Shown here: positions 25,652-25,948 of the stretch, piece after piece
Position numbering within the stretch: the first letter of the stretch is position 1
Layout: each line of letters opens with the position of its first letter
Source of the DNA: Prevotella sp.
GTDB lineage: Bacteria; Bacteroidota; Bacteroidia; Bacteroidales; Dysgonomonadaceae
Direction: 5' to 3'
Assembly: GCA_031285625.1 (NCBI GenBank)
Contig: JAITVV010000094.1
Coordinates: forward strand, 1-25,948
DNA: 25,948 nt
Position numbers and translations under genes: made by a program
Notes under the pieces: generated by a model
What the model was told of the DNA's origin: nothing
Databases searched by the model: none
Seen by the model: the letters and a program-made list of their open reading frames with translations, nothing else

Positions 25652-25784
25652 GTATAATTATAGAAATATTCTAAATAATAAAGAAAGAATGTAACCGGAA
25701 TCATATATTCTGATAGTTTATTATCCGAAATAAGACCTTTGCTGTAATTATATGTTCTTTTATTTAGCTCAAACATGTTTTAGT

Positions 25785-25948
25785 TTCATGCCGTTCCGTT
25801 CCGACGGCACCCGTACATGAAGTAAACGACGCCTGGCTGAAGCACGACAAGAATAACGGGAAAGCCGCTGTCTTGTAGTGGCTCTGCACTCCTGGCCTCT
25901 GTTTCGCAGGCGGGGTACCCAATCCGTAAGCTTAAGGCGTAGAGCAAA
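25785..25948. other. GC-rich multi-hairpin non-coding element, truncated by the window edge
   Basis: Abrupt GC increase; stems TTCATG/CATGAA, TGCCGT/ACGGCA and CAC-G-ACAAGA/TCTTGT-A-GTG; no recognisable ORF. Confidence 0.5.

Noticed and set aside
24253-25776. ORFs 24253..24870 +, 24424..24660 -, 25453..25638 + and 25594..25776 -
   Set aside because: Shadows or alternate frames of the permease and DUF2625; the last spans the promoter region.
25825-25925. Cobalamin or c-di-GMP riboswitch resemblance (AGCCACT, AGCCAGG, GCGGGGTACC)
   Set aside because: Key conserved elements (GGGAAG after the GCCACTG stem, the AGACCTGC box; GCAAA/GYAA-receptor pattern) are missing.
1-25948. CRISPR array, tRNA/rRNA, transposase/integrase, invertible promoter
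   Set aside because: No regularly spaced repeats, RNA gene signatures, recombinase ORF or long inverted repeats flanking a promoter were seen by eye.

Overview
AT-rich Bacteroidetes DNA, probably Dysgonomonas-like (inferred from TAnnTTTG promoters, SusC/SusD genes and Gln-initial mature proteins; not verified). Left to right: (1) 1-1.2 kb, a very AT-rich run of short immunity-like ORFs including a frameshifted ankyrin gene. (2) A minus-strand cluster: hypothetical, DUF5715, truA, nhaA, DMT, DUF3256. (3) A divergent DUF2867/AraC pair and a nucleosidase. (4) A complete ECF-sigma/FecR-controlled polysaccharide utilisation locus (PUL, 8753-21107): SusC transducer, SusD, a divergent GH116 and a GH3, both apparently periplasmic, with no surface enzyme. 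(5) A minus-strand operon: DUF2625, xanthine permease, xpt, hypothetical, rsmE. (6) A GC-rich structured non-coding element cut by the right edge. The strongest non-obvious signal is a predicted ~95-nt cis-antisense sRNA in the fecR-susC leader, with its own -7 promoter over the susC ATG, an intrinsic terminator, and two hairpins sharing the same 7-nt loop. All family calls are by recognition from the translations; no database searches were run.
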